A stretch of DNA of 64,000 nt from an uncultured Candidatus Saccharibacteria bacterium (GTDB taxonomy: Bacteria > Patescibacteriota > Minisyncoccia > Portnoybacterales > UBA2143), in the NCBI GenBank assembly GCA_964596615.1, contig CAZQUN010000005.1, forward strand, positions 3,216 through 67,215, read 5' to 3'. Under the pieces are notes generated by a model that did not search any database, was not told the origin of the DNA, and saw nothing but the letters and a program-made list of their open reading frames with translations. The stretch's first letter is position 1. Every line of letters starts with the position of its first letter. The position numbers and the translations under genes are program-made. Below are positions 8,070 to 17,919 of this stretch, in pieces.

Positions 8070-9939
8070 GGGAGGGGAAAGCATTGAAGCTGAAGAGATT
8101 TTTCTTGATGCTGAAGCGGTTCGCTCAATGGAGGAAAAGGGTAAATTAGAACAGCCAATCAAACATCGCAACCTTATTCTCCTCTATGCTTTAATTGCTT
8201 TTTCTCTTCTCGGTCTTTTTTTCCGGGCGGGCTATCTTCAAATTGCCAAAGGCGACTATTATTGGAATCTTTCCCAAGGGAATAAGTTGAGGATTTATTC
8301 AACAATTGCCCCGCGAGGGATAATCTATGATAGAAATCAGACCCCTTTGGTCTACAACGCCCCCAGTTTTGATTTAATGGTCGGTTTGGTTGATTTTTTT
8401 GATAACCCGGAAGAAATTCAACAAGAAATTTTGGATAAGATTGCCCAGGTTCTTGAGAGAGAAAAAACAGAATTAAGCCAGAAATTAAAAGAATCACAGA
8501 AAGAAGTCAGCCAGTTAGTTTTAATCAAAGGGATGGAAAGAGAAAAGGCTTTAATTCTGGAAGGTTTAATCAATGACTGGCCGGGAGTAAGGATAGCTAA
8601 AAATGCCAAGCGCCAATATATTAATGGCTCTTTTTTCTCGCATCTCATCGGTTATACCGGCGAAACCGACCAGGATGATTTAGAAGAACATCCGGAATAT
8701 TCCCTGGGCAGCCAGATTGGTAAATCAGGCCTGGAATGCCAGTATGAAAATATTTTAAAAGGCGAATCCGGCCAGGAACAATTTGAAGTCGATTCTCTGG
8801 GAAAAACAAAAAAACTATTAACCTCCAAATCATCTTTGCCCGGCCAGGGATTAATTCTTTCTGTTGATAAGGGCCTTCAGGAAAAAACCTATCAAGCTCT
8901 TGAAGCGGCGGTGGGAAGAAAAGGAGTTGCTATTGCGGTTAATCCGAAAAACGGCGGCATTATCGCCATGGCAAGCTTACCTAGTTTTGAGAATAATCTT
9001 TTTGCCGAAGGGATTTCTTCAGAAGATTTGGAGAAAATAGATCAGGATTCAGCTGAACCCTTTCTTAACCGGGCGGTTGCCGGCCAGTATCCCTCCGGTT
9101 CAATTATTAAACCCCTAATCGGAGCCGCCGCCCTGGAAGAAGAAATTATCAGTCCTTACCAACAGATTAATTGTCAGGGAGGAATAAGTATTTTGAATAA
9201 GTATAATCCGGATATTACCTACTATTTTCCTGACTGGAAAACCCATGGCCCGACTAATTTAATCGAAGCTATTGCCGAGTCCTGTAACATCTTCTTTTAT
9301 ACTATCGGCGGAGGGTATGGTAGGATAGAGGGATTGGGTGTTAACCGGATAAAAGAATATCTCCAATATTTCGGTCTTGGTCAATTGACCAGTATTGACC
9401 TGCCCCATGAAGAAGCCGGGCTAATTCCAGATGAAGAATGGAAAGAATCAGTCGGCCGGGAAGAATGGTATTTAGGCGATACTTATCATTTGTCAATTGG
9501 CCAAGGAGATGTTTTAGTCACGCCCCTTCAAATGGCTATGGCAGTTTCAGCCATTGCCAATAATGGAATTCTTTACCAGCCCCAGATAGTTGATAAGATT
9601 ATTAATCCAGAAAAGGAAATCAAGGAAGATATTCCCGAAAAGATTATCCGCAAGGATTTTATTAAAAAAGAGCATCTTGAAATAGTTCAGAAAGGCATGC
9701 GCCAGGCAGTTGTTGACGGTTCAGCCCAGGCGCTTAACGACCTTTCAATTGAAGTTGCCGGCAAGACCGGAACTGCCCAATTCGGTAATCAGGGTAAAAC
9801 CCATGCCTGGTTTATTGGTTATGCTCCCTATGACGACCCAGAAATTGTTCTGACAATTCTAGTTGAAGGGGGCGGCGAAGGACATCGGGCGGCTGTCCCT
9901 GTTGCCAAAGAAATATTAAAATGGTATTTTAATCAGTAA
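8038..9939 (+). CDS. mrdA: Penicillin-binding protein 2 (class B transpeptidase, elongasome)
   Basis: N-terminal TM plus PBP dimerisation domain. Transpeptidase motifs S-x-x-K (SGSIIKP), S-x-N (AESCN) and K-T-G (AGKTGTAQF). Confidence 0.9.
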   Translation: MGLKKYFIRNKGGESIEAEEIFLDAEAVRSMEEKGKLEQPIKHRNLILLYALIAFSLLGLFFRAGYLQIAKGDYYWNLSQGNKLRIYSTIAPRGIIYDRNQTPLVYNAPSFDLMVGLVDFFDNPEEIQQEILDKIAQVLEREKTELSQKLKESQKEVSQLVLIKGMEREKALILEGLINDWPGVRIAKNAKRQYINGSFFSHLIGYTGETDQDDLEEHPEYSLGSQIGKSGLECQYENILKGESGQEQFEVDSLGKTKKLLTSKSSLPGQGLILSVDKGLQEKTYQALEAAVGRKGVAIAVNPKNGGIIAMASLPSFENNLFAEGISSEDLEKIDQDSAEPFLNRAVAGQYPSGSIIKPLIGAAALEEEIISPYQQINCQGGISILNKYNPDITYYFPDWKTHGPTNLIEAIAESCNIFFYTIGGGYGRIEGLGVNRIKEYLQYFGLGQLTSIDLPHEEAGLIPDEEWKESVGREEWYLGDTYHLSIGQGDVLVTPLQMAMAVSAIANNGILYQPQIVDKIINPEKEIKEDIPEKIIRKDFIKKEHLEIVQKGMRQAVVDGSAQALNDLSIEVAGKTGTAQFGNQGKTHAWFIGYAPYDDPEIVLTILVEGGGEGHRAAVPVAKEILKWYFNQ

Positions 9940-9940
9940 T

Positions 9941-10414
9941 ATGAAATATATTTCGCAAGAAGGACTGGAAAAGCTAAAACAAGAATTAAAAGAAAGAAAA
10001 ACGGCCCGGCGCCAGGAGATTGCCCAGCGCCTGGAAGAAGCCAAGGGATTGGGCGACCTTTCAGAAAATACCGAATACCAGTCAGCCAAAGAAACCCAGG
10101 CCTTTAATGAAGGCCGGATTTTAGAATTAGAAGAGATTGTTAAGAACTCAGTTTTAATAGAAAAAAACAAGGGCGGCAAAGGGAAAAAAGTCGGAGTTGG
10201 CTCAATAGTTGAAGTTAGAATAAATGACAGGCGCTCTTCGCCTAAAAAACATCAATTTACCATTGTTGGTTCCCAGGAAGCCGATCCAACCGAAGGAAAA
10301 ATTTCAAATGAATCTCCTTTAGGCAAAGCCTTTTTTGACAAGGCCGTTGGTGATATAATTGAGGTGGAGACGCCCAAAGGCAAAGTTAAATACAAAATTA
10401 TTAGCATCAAGTAA
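9941..10414 (+). CDS. greA: Transcription elongation factor GreA
   Basis: N-terminal coiled coil (ISQEGLEKLKQELKERKT...), conserved acidic tip region (LGDLSENTEYQSAKE) and a C-terminal FKBP-like domain. Confidence 0.9.
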   Translation: MKYISQEGLEKLKQELKERKTARRQEIAQRLEEAKGLGDLSENTEYQSAKETQAFNEGRILELEEIVKNSVLIEKNKGGKGKKVGVGSIVEVRINDRRSSPKKHQFTIVGSQEADPTEGKISNESPLGKAFFDKAVGDIIEVETPKGKVKYKIISIK

Positions 10415-11872
10415 ATGTCTTCAATTGAAGGAATAAAAAAAGCCCGTCTTGAAAAATTAAAAAGGATTGAAAAATCCGGTATTAATCCCTATCCGGCTAA
10501 AACCAACCGGACTCATACCCTAAAAGAGGTTATTGACCAGTTTGAGAATTTATCCAAAAAAGAGGAGGAAATTTTTTGTGTTGGTCGAATCAGGACAATC
10601 CGAGAACATGGCGGATCAACTTTTTGCCATATTGAAGACGGAACCAGCCAATTCCAGGCCTATTTCAAAAAAGATGAATTGGATAAAAAATATCAATTCT
10701 TTTTAGATAATTTTGATGTTGGCGATTTTATTCAAATCAAAGGAACTCTTTTTCTAACTAAAAAAGAAGAAAAAACCCTCTTAGTTAAGGATTATCAGAT
10801 TCTGGCTAAATCTTTAGCGCCTTTGCCTGAAAAATGGCATGGTCTTAAAAACGAAGAAGAAAGATTCAGAAAAAGGTATTTAGACCTTCTTTTTAATCCT
10901 GAAATCAAGGAACTTTTCATCGAAAAAGCTAAATTCTGGAATACTATCCGCAATTTTATGATTAAAGAAGGATTTCTGGAAGTCGAAACCCCGGCTTTAG
11001 AAATTACAACTGGCGGAGCTGATGCCCGTCCTTTTATCACTCACCATAACGCCCTTGATTTAGACCTTTATTTAAGAATCTCAACCGGTGAGTTATGGCA
11101 GAAAAGATTAATGATTGCCGGCTTTGAAAAAACATTTGAAATAGGAAGACAATTCAGAAACGAGGGCATGGATGCCGAACATTTACAAGATTATACCCAG
11201 ATGGAATTTTACTGGGCCTATGCTGATGCCAAAGATGGCATGAAATTAACAGAAGAACTCTATAAGCATTTAGCCCAAGAAGTCTTCGGCTCTCTTGAAT
11301 TAAAAATTAAGGATTTTGATATTAATTTAGGCAAGAAATGGGAAGAATATGATTATCAAAAAACGGTTAAAGAAATGACTGGAATAGATGTTTTAAAAAC
11401 TAATTTAGATAAAGTTGAAGAGAAATTAAAGAAATTAAGGATTGAATACGACAAAAAAGGATTTAATCTGGCCAGGGGAATAGATAATTTATGGAAATAT
11501 TGTCGTAAGCAAATCCCCGGTCCCGGGTTTTTAATCAACGAACCTCTCTTAATATCTCCGCTTTCCAAGAAAAAACAGGACAATCCTGAATTAGTTGAAC
11601 GCTTCCATGTCATTATTGCCGGGAGTGAATTAGGCAATGGCTACAGCGAATTAAATGACCCGATTGACCAGGCCAAACGATTTGAAGAACAGCAGGAATT
11701 AAGAGAAAAAGGAGACGAAGAAGCCCAGATGGATGATAAAGATTTTGTCAAAGCGTTGGAATACGGTATGCCGCCGACCTGCGGCTTTGGCATGTCCGAA
11801 AGGGTTTTCAGTTTTTTTGCCAATAAGTCAATGAGGGAATGCCAGTTATTTCCTTTAATGAAACCGAAGTAA
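10415..11872 (+). CDS. lysS: Lysine--tRNA ligase (class II)
   Basis: OB-fold N-domain. Class II motifs: FLEVETP (motif 1), FRNEGMDAEHLQDYTQMEFY (motif 2) and GELGNGYSELNDP...GMPPTCGFGMSERV (motif 3). Confidence 0.9.
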   Translation: MSSIEGIKKARLEKLKRIEKSGINPYPAKTNRTHTLKEVIDQFENLSKKEEEIFCVGRIRTIREHGGSTFCHIEDGTSQFQAYFKKDELDKKYQFFLDNFDVGDFIQIKGTLFLTKKEEKTLLVKDYQILAKSLAPLPEKWHGLKNEEERFRKRYLDLLFNPEIKELFIEKAKFWNTIRNFMIKEGFLEVETPALEITTGGADARPFITHHNALDLDLYLRISTGELWQKRLMIAGFEKTFEIGRQFRNEGMDAEHLQDYTQMEFYWAYADAKDGMKLTEELYKHLAQEVFGSLELKIKDFDINLGKKWEEYDYQKTVKEMTGIDVLKTNLDKVEEKLKKLRIEYDKKGFNLARGIDNLWKYCRKQIPGPGFLINEPLLISPLSKKKQDNPELVERFHVIIAGSELGNGYSELNDPIDQAKRFEEQQELREKGDEEAQMDDKDFVKALEYGMPPTCGFGMSERVFSFFANKSMRECQLFPLMKPK

Positions 11873-11873
11873 T

Positions 11874-13148
11874 ATGCTTGATATTAAATTGATTAGAGAA
11901 AATCCAGATAAAGTTAAGGACTCTTGCCAAAAGAGAGGGATTAAATGTGATATTGAGCGGCTTCTGGAATTGGATAGAAAAAGAAGAGAAACCCTTCAGG
12001 AAATCGAAGAATTAAAAGCAGAGCAGAACAAATTGGGCAAAGACCAGCAAGAACAAGCTAAAGAGTTAAAATGGAAAATTAAGGATTTGGAACCAACCTT
12101 GGATAAGGTTGAAGAAAAACTCAATGAACTATTACTCCAGGTCCCTAATTTAATTGCTGATGATGTTCCAATTGGTAAGGATGAAAATGATAATCAGATT
12201 ATTAGAAAACACAAGGAACCAACACAATTTGATTTCAAGCCCAAAGACCATATGGAATTAGGGCTTAACCATAATTTAATTGAGACAGAAAAATCAGCTA
12301 AAATTTCCGGAGCCAGATTCAACTATTTATTCAACGAAGCAGTTCTAATGCAGTTCGCCCTAATTCAGTTTGTTTTTGAAACATTGACTAATAAGAAGAT
12401 TATTGGTCAGTTGGCTAAGAAGGTTAATAATCCATTTGACAAGCCCTTTATTCCGGTTATTCCACCGGTCATCGCCAAAGCCGAAATTATGAAAAAGATG
12501 GACCGGTTTGATCCAATTGACGACCGATACTATTTTGAAAAAGACGATGTCCTATTCATTGGCAGCGCCGAGCATACCCTTGGACCTCTCCATATGAATG
12601 AGATTATTGATGAAAAAGATTTACCCATCAGATATCTTGGTTATTCAACCGCCTTTAGAAGGGAAGCCGGAACCTACGGCAAGGATACTGCCGGGATTTT
12701 AAGAAAACATCAGTTTGATAAAGCAGAGATGGAATCATTCATTCAGCCGGAGCATGGACAAGCAGAACAGGATTTAATTATTGCCATTCAAGAATATTTA
12801 GTCCAGCAATTAGATATTCCTTATCAGGTGGTTGTTCTTTCTACCGGCGATATGGGTAGTCCTGATTTTCGCCAGGTTGATATTGAATGCTGGATGCCGG
12901 GGCAGAATAAATACCGAGAAACCCATACCTCCGATTACATGACTGATTATCAAGCCAGAAGATTAAAGACAAGATTTAAAAGAAAAGACGGAAATATTGA
13001 ATTTGTCTACATGAATGATGCCACTGCCATGGCGATTGGGAGAATCCTAATTGCCATTCTGGAAAATTACCAACAAAAGGACGGTTCAATTGAAATTCCT
13101 AAAGTTTTACAGAAACACATGGGCGGAATGAAAGAAATTGGAAAATGA
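11874..13148 (+). CDS. serS: Serine--tRNA ligase
   Basis: N-terminal coiled-coil arm. Class II core with FRREAGTYGKDTAGILRKHQFDKAEM and a C-terminal motif 3. Confidence 0.9.
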   Translation: MLDIKLIRENPDKVKDSCQKRGIKCDIERLLELDRKRRETLQEIEELKAEQNKLGKDQQEQAKELKWKIKDLEPTLDKVEEKLNELLLQVPNLIADDVPIGKDENDNQIIRKHKEPTQFDFKPKDHMELGLNHNLIETEKSAKISGARFNYLFNEAVLMQFALIQFVFETLTNKKIIGQLAKKVNNPFDKPFIPVIPPVIAKAEIMKKMDRFDPIDDRYYFEKDDVLFIGSAEHTLGPLHMNEIIDEKDLPIRYLGYSTAFRREAGTYGKDTAGILRKHQFDKAEMESFIQPEHGQAEQDLIIAIQEYLVQQLDIPYQVVVLSTGDMGSPDFRQVDIECWMPGQNKYRETHTSDYMTDYQARRLKTRFKRKDGNIEFVYMNDATAMAIGRILIAILENYQQKDGSIEIPKVLQKHMGGMKEIGK

Positions 13149-13149
13149 A

Positions 13150-13180
13150 AAAGGCCCTTTTGGGGCCTTCTATAGTGATT
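13150..13180. terminator. Bidirectional stem-loop between serS and the convergent small gene
   Basis: aaggcccttttggggcctt is a perfect 7-bp stem. A T-rich tract follows on the minus strand. Confidence 0.55.
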
Positions 13181-13194
13181 CCTTTAAAAAGGTT

Positions 13195-13401
13195 TTACAT
13201 TAGTAATTTTTTGAACCCAGCCAGCTCTGGGAAGTTAAAGTATTTCACTCTACAACGAGGACATTTCAGAATGAAAGCCTCAACGATTGCGAGCCCATTT
13301 TCTCTTTTTTGGGTTTGAAAGGGAAGTGGGATAAAGATTCTTTCCTCTATTTCTAGTTCGGCATAGCAACCGTACTCAGTGCATTTTAACTTTTCCTCCA
13401 T
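13195..13401 (-). CDS. Small zinc-ribbon-like protein (CxxxxC ... CxxC)
   Basis: 68 aa with CTEYGC ... CPRCR pairs. Own terminator. Confidence 0.4.
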   Translation of the reverse strand: MEEKLKCTEYGCYAELEIEERIFIPLPFQTQKRENGLAIVEAFILKCPRCRVKYFNFPELAGFKKLLM

Positions 13402-13463
13402 GGTAATTCCTCCTTGGTCCGGGTTAATAAGAACGAAGATTCTGGTATATTTATAGTAAAGAA

Positions 13464-14315
13464 ATGAAAAAAAATCAATACCGAGCCAAGAAAAAAAAGA
13501 GATTTCCCTTCAAAAGCATAATCTTCGGAGGGCTGTTTTTTTGTTTCCTAGCCGCCTCAGCGTATTTTTCAATCTGGTCTCCATATTTCTGGATTGAAGA
13601 AATTGAAGTCAAATCAATCAAAGAGCCTAAGTATTATAGCAAGGAGGAAATAGAGGAAATTACAGAGAAAGTTCTGGAAGAAAAATTCTGGAAATTCTTT
13701 CCCAGAAAAAGCCTTTTTTTGGCTTCGGCTAATAACATTAAAGAAAATGTTTTTAACAGGTTTTCGGAAATACGATTAGTTGAAGTTTCAAGGAAACCAC
13801 CTCATTTTTTAATAATAGGGATAGAGGAAAGGGAAGCCATTGGAACCTGGTGCCAGATAGAATATATGGGAGAAAATTCAACCTCCACAAACAGAACAAG
13901 GAAAGTAAAGGATTGTTTTAATATTGACCAGGAAGGGGTAATTTTCAAAGAATCACCTTTAATTCACGGAAAATTTGTTCTAAACATTTACCAGGGAAAA
14001 GGCGATTCGGTCAATGTTGGAAATCAAGTTGCCAGTCCCCAGATAATGAATTCTATTTTAAGAATTAAAAGCGATTTGGATAAAATTAAAACAACTGATG
14101 ATTTATCTTTATCAGTTGCTGACTTCGAGATTATTTCAGAAGAAGAATTAAGAGTTAAAACTAATTTTGGCTGGGAAATATATTTCAACCCGTCTTATTC
14201 AACCGAATCCCAATTAAAAACTCTGGAATTAGTTTTATCAGAGGAAATTAAGGAAAATCATTCTTCTTTAAAATACCTTGACTTGCGAATACAAGGCCGG
14301 GTCTATTACCAGTAG
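13464..14315 (+). CDS. FtsQ/DivIB-like cell-division protein (N-terminal TM plus POTRA-like region)
   Basis: Basic N-terminus and a single TM. The stretch RLVEVSRKPPHFLIIGIEEREAIGTWC resembles the FtsQ POTRA signature (v.v.r.P.tL.I.v.ER.P.A.w). Confidence 0.5.
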   Translation: MKKNQYRAKKKKRFPFKSIIFGGLFFCFLAASAYFSIWSPYFWIEEIEVKSIKEPKYYSKEEIEEITEKVLEEKFWKFFPRKSLFLASANNIKENVFNRFSEIRLVEVSRKPPHFLIIGIEEREAIGTWCQIEYMGENSTSTNRTRKVKDCFNIDQEGVIFKESPLIHGKFVLNIYQGKGDSVNVGNQVASPQIMNSILRIKSDLDKIKTTDDLSLSVADFEIISEEELRVKTNFGWEIYFNPSYSTESQLKTLELVLSEEIKENHSSLKYLDLRIQGRVYYQ

Positions 14316-14319
14316 ACTG

Positions 14320-16080
14320 TTATTTAATATTGTAAACAAAAATCGAATGGCCGATGGTTGTAACGGGTTCTTGGTTATTTAACCAGCGATAAAAACCGAA
14401 TTCTCCTTCAAGACTGGGAATAGGACAACCCTTGCCGCCCTGAAGGAAACTGGCTGAAACAGCCAACCAACTGTTATTAGGTAAATCCTTTGGATTTCTT
14501 GTTCCCCACCAGGGTTGGAACTTATCACCCAGCCGGTATTCGGGCGAATCACCGCCAAAGTAATCAAGGTAAATAGCCTTGATATTTTTTTCTTGAACAA
14601 ATTGATTTAATCTTTTCAAATCCTGACCCCAATCAAGATTGGAATCAACAACATATTTATGACCCTGGCTTGGACCGCCAATTGATTCATTGAAATAGGC
14701 TAGGAAATGAGGGTAAATACTAAGAGCGCCAAATCCATACCAAATGAAGAGAAGAAGAATAATCAGACGCCAGGTCTGGTTTTTTGCTAATTTAGCCATT
14801 TGGCCGCTGAGGAGAATATAGATAACAGGGAAAGTCGGTAGAATATGGCGAACACCAATATTTAAATTACTTCTTAGTGTTACAACCCAGTAAAGAATGA
14901 AAAAGATGAAAAGGGCAAATTCAGCAAAATGATTTCTTATCCAACCAAAAAATCTTTTCCAGGTTCTTTTCCAAAAGGGCTCTTTAACCCGATAAGCGGA
15001 ATAGAAAAGAGCAACCAGAGAAAGAATTAAAAGAGCCAACGGGACTTTTATCAGGAAAACAATTGGAAAATATTCTTTCCAGCCGAGATTGGAAACCTGA
15101 CTAAGAAAATATGTTGTATTGCCGCCGACTGATCTTTGAACAACCATCAAAACTCCTAAAAAGAATTGTCCGTAGGGCCGAAAGATTGGTTTATCCGACA
15201 TCCAAATGACCGGTTCGGCGAATAATCTATTGCCGTATGTTTCAAGAATGGTAGTTGTATCATAGAGTTGTCTTTCAACCGGATAATCCATGATATGGTA
15301 TTGGTAAACCGGCCAGATCAAGATCATGGCGATCAGACCAATCAGAAGAAGACCAATTAAATATTTACCCAGATTAAGAAATGGTTTTGGTTTTTTAAGA
15401 AGAGCCCAGACAACAACCAGAAAAACAAAGAAGGGGATGATAATAACCAGGGAGAATTTTGTCAAAAGAGCCAGGCCAAAAACCAAACCAGCCAGAATTA
15501 AATTCTTTCTACTAGATTCTCTTAACCATTTGACTAAATAGTAGGTGGCAATAAAAAAAGCAGCTGCGGCGCCAACATCAGTTGTGACATAGCGACCATG
15601 GGCAATAAAGGTTGGGGAGAAAGAATAAAGGAAAAGAGCAATTAAACCACCGGTATTTCCATAGATTTCCCTTGCCCATCTAAAAACAAAGAAACCGAGA
15701 ACAAGCATAATCAAAAGCATTGGCAGACGCCCCCAGAAAACAATTTTATCAGCATCATTGCCGGATTGATAAAGGAGAACCCTCCCAAATTCCCATTGAC
15801 CATTAAGGTCTTCCTGCCAGGACTTATGCTCATCAGGAAAATTAATCGGAGTTTGGGTGATTTTTGAGCCAACTAAAACAGACAAACCAGCCAAATCCTT
15901 TAAAAGAGGAGGATGTTCTGGATTAAGCCGCATGTCTCTCTGGGTGATATATGAATAGCCGGATGGAATATGGGGCAATTCATCCATTGTGGTTGAATCG
16001 CCTTTCATGCTGAAAAAACCTAAACCAAGCATAAACAAAAGCAGAAGGCCGGCTAGAACATTTGTCGCCTTACTATCCAT
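14320..16080 (-). CDS. Polytopic membrane glycosyltransferase, GT39/PMT/ArnT-like (phospholipid-carrier-dependent)
   Basis: 586 aa with more than 10 predicted TM helices and an N-terminal loop of the DE-containing type. Architecture typical of GT-C dolichyl/undecaprenyl-phosphate-sugar transferases. Confidence 0.6.
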   Translation of the reverse strand: MDSKATNVLAGLLLLFMLGLGFFSMKGDSTTMDELPHIPSGYSYITQRDMRLNPEHPPLLKDLAGLSVLVGSKITQTPINFPDEHKSWQEDLNGQWEFGRVLLYQSGNDADKIVFWGRLPMLLIMLVLGFFVFRWAREIYGNTGGLIALFLYSFSPTFIAHGRYVTTDVGAAAAFFIATYYLVKWLRESSRKNLILAGLVFGLALLTKFSLVIIIPFFVFLVVVWALLKKPKPFLNLGKYLIGLLLIGLIAMILIWPVYQYHIMDYPVERQLYDTTTILETYGNRLFAEPVIWMSDKPIFRPYGQFFLGVLMVVQRSVGGNTTYFLSQVSNLGWKEYFPIVFLIKVPLALLILSLVALFYSAYRVKEPFWKRTWKRFFGWIRNHFAEFALFIFFILYWVVTLRSNLNIGVRHILPTFPVIYILLSGQMAKLAKNQTWRLIILLLFIWYGFGALSIYPHFLAYFNESIGGPSQGHKYVVDSNLDWGQDLKRLNQFVQEKNIKAIYLDYFGGDSPEYRLGDKFQPWWGTRNPKDLPNNSWLAVSASFLQGGKGCPIPSLEGEFGFYRWLNNQEPVTTIGHSIFVYNIK

Positions 16081-16122
16081 GACTTGATTTTATCATAAAT
16101 CAAGTTATTATAGTAGTTAGGG

Positions 16123-17538
16123 ATGTGGAAAAAGAGAACAATTATTCTTTTAATTATCTTAGGACTGGCTTTTGAGGCGGGGGTTTTTTCTATTCAGGAA
16201 ATTTTGGCTGAGGCCTCCCTGCCTAAAGCGGATTTAATTAAAGGAAGTGGTCCGGAGGTTTATCTTTTGGAATTAGGAACCAGACATTGGATTCCTGACC
16301 CGGAAACTTTTAATGACCTTAATTATGACTGGAGGAATATTAAAACCATTTCAGACGATGATTTAAATAAATATCCCCAGGGGGATAATTGGAGAGGATA
16401 CCATGATTACCCAGACGGAACGCTTCTCCGCGGTTCTGGTCCAAAAGTTTATCTAATAGAATTAGGTAAAAAGCGCTGGATTCCTTCGCCAAGTATTTTT
16501 GAAGAAAATGGCTTTGGTTGGGGATATATTATCCAGATTGATGACGATGATTTGGATGATTATGATGACGGCGATGATTTAACCTCTTCAGAACCAAATC
16601 GTTATCCAGAGACAATTATTCTTGACGGACCGGAAGAAGGAGAAACTATTGAAGAATCGGAAGTAACTCTCGAATATTCAGGGACAAATCCTTTGGGACC
16701 AACCAGTGATTTATCTTTTGAAATATTTTTAGTTGGTCAGGATAGTAGTTGGCGAAGCGACAGCAGCGGAGAAAAAAGATATACTTTATCAGACGAAAGC
16801 CAATCATACACCTTTTATGTCCGGGCTAAAAACAAACAAGGATATATTGATTCCAGCCCGGCTTCAGTTAGTTTTTCGACCGGTCTTTCTCCATATTACG
16901 ATAAAGTCAGAATTAGCCAGGTTAGACCAGATGAAGATGATTTTACAGAAGATTATCTGACTTTGGAAAATACCGAAGAAGAAGTTATTAATCTGACCGG
17001 TTGGGAAATTGAAACCAAAAAAGGGGATATCATTATTCCTCAGGCAGTCAAGAAGTTAAAAACTCCTTTTTCAGAAGATGATGATTCGGATATTGAATTG
17101 GGCTACCGGGATAAGATTATTATTTCATCAAATTTGAGTCCAAAAGGAGTTAATTTCCAAGCTAATCAATGTACCGGATATTTTTGCCAAGATTCAGAGT
17201 TTTATCCATCTTTGGACAAAAATTGTCCTGATCTGGAGGAATCGGAATACAGCCATTTGAAAAAGGCCTGCCGTGATTTCATTGATGACCTTGACCGCTG
17301 CGAAATCCCTGACTATGTTAGTAATTTTGATATTATGTCCGACAGTCAATGTACCGAGTTTCTGAATGAAACTTTTACCTACCAGAATTGCTACGATGAG
17401 CATTATCAGGAAGTTGATTTTTTTGAAGGCCAATGGCGGGTTTTTCTTAACAGAAGCGATGATATCTTTGAGAACGACGATGATACTATTATCCTAAGAG
17501 ACGGAAACGGATTGGTTGTCGACAGGTATTCGTATTAG
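16123..17538 (+). CDS. Secreted multidomain protein: two approx 60-aa tandem repeats (GSGPEVYLLELGTRHWIPDPETF / GSGPKVYLIELGKKRWIPSPSIF), an acidic linker, a lamin-tail-like domain and a Cys-rich C-terminal domain
   Basis: Signal peptide/TM at the N-terminus. Internal duplication visible in the protein. YLTLENTEEEVINLTGWEIETKKGDII resembles the LTD (lamin tail domain) motif. The last 150 aa contain 10 Cys. Confidence 0.55.
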   Translation: MWKKRTIILLIILGLAFEAGVFSIQEILAEASLPKADLIKGSGPEVYLLELGTRHWIPDPETFNDLNYDWRNIKTISDDDLNKYPQGDNWRGYHDYPDGTLLRGSGPKVYLIELGKKRWIPSPSIFEENGFGWGYIIQIDDDDLDDYDDGDDLTSSEPNRYPETIILDGPEEGETIEESEVTLEYSGTNPLGPTSDLSFEIFLVGQDSSWRSDSSGEKRYTLSDESQSYTFYVRAKNKQGYIDSSPASVSFSTGLSPYYDKVRISQVRPDEDDFTEDYLTLENTEEEVINLTGWEIETKKGDIIIPQAVKKLKTPFSEDDDSDIELGYRDKIIISSNLSPKGVNFQANQCTGYFCQDSEFYPSLDKNCPDLEESEYSHLKKACRDFIDDLDRCEIPDYVSNFDIMSDSQCTEFLNETFTYQNCYDEHYQEVDFFEGQWRVFLNRSDDIFENDDDTIILRDGNGLVVDRYSY

Positions 17539-17565
17539 AATTGATTTATGATATAATATGGGCAA

Positions 17566-17919
17566 ATGTCTGCTTTTGCCCATAACACCATAAAGAATTT
17601 ATTCTTGGATACCATCTGGAGGGTCTTATATTTCCCAATCTGGTGGTATAGCCGGGGCCTGAAAAAGACGGCTCTTTTTTGTTTGGGAAAAGTTAAAAAT
17701 GGCTGGCAGGCCTTGGCTCTGTTAATTCTTTTGAAGAATTTCTTTAAGCCAATGTACGGCCAAAAAGATTTTTGGGCCTATGTTTTAAGCATTAACACTC
17801 ATTTTTGGCAGATTCTATTCCGCTTGTCTTTATTTTTCTTCTGGTTATCCTTATGGTTTTTAATTTTAATTCTCTGGATTGTTTTACCTCTTTTTATCAT
17901 ATGGCAACTGATAATCTAA
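17566..17919 (+). CDS. Small polytopic membrane protein (overlaps the 5' end of the ClpC-like ORF)
   Basis: Hydrophobic 117-aa ORF. The overlap with the 17805 ORF in another frame suggests either true overlap or a frameshift. Confidence 0.4.
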   Translation: MSAFAHNTIKNLFLDTIWRVLYFPIWWYSRGLKKTALFCLGKVKNGWQALALLILLKNFFKPMYGQKDFWAYVLSINTHFWQILFRLSLFFFWLSLWFLILILWIVLPLFIIWQLII

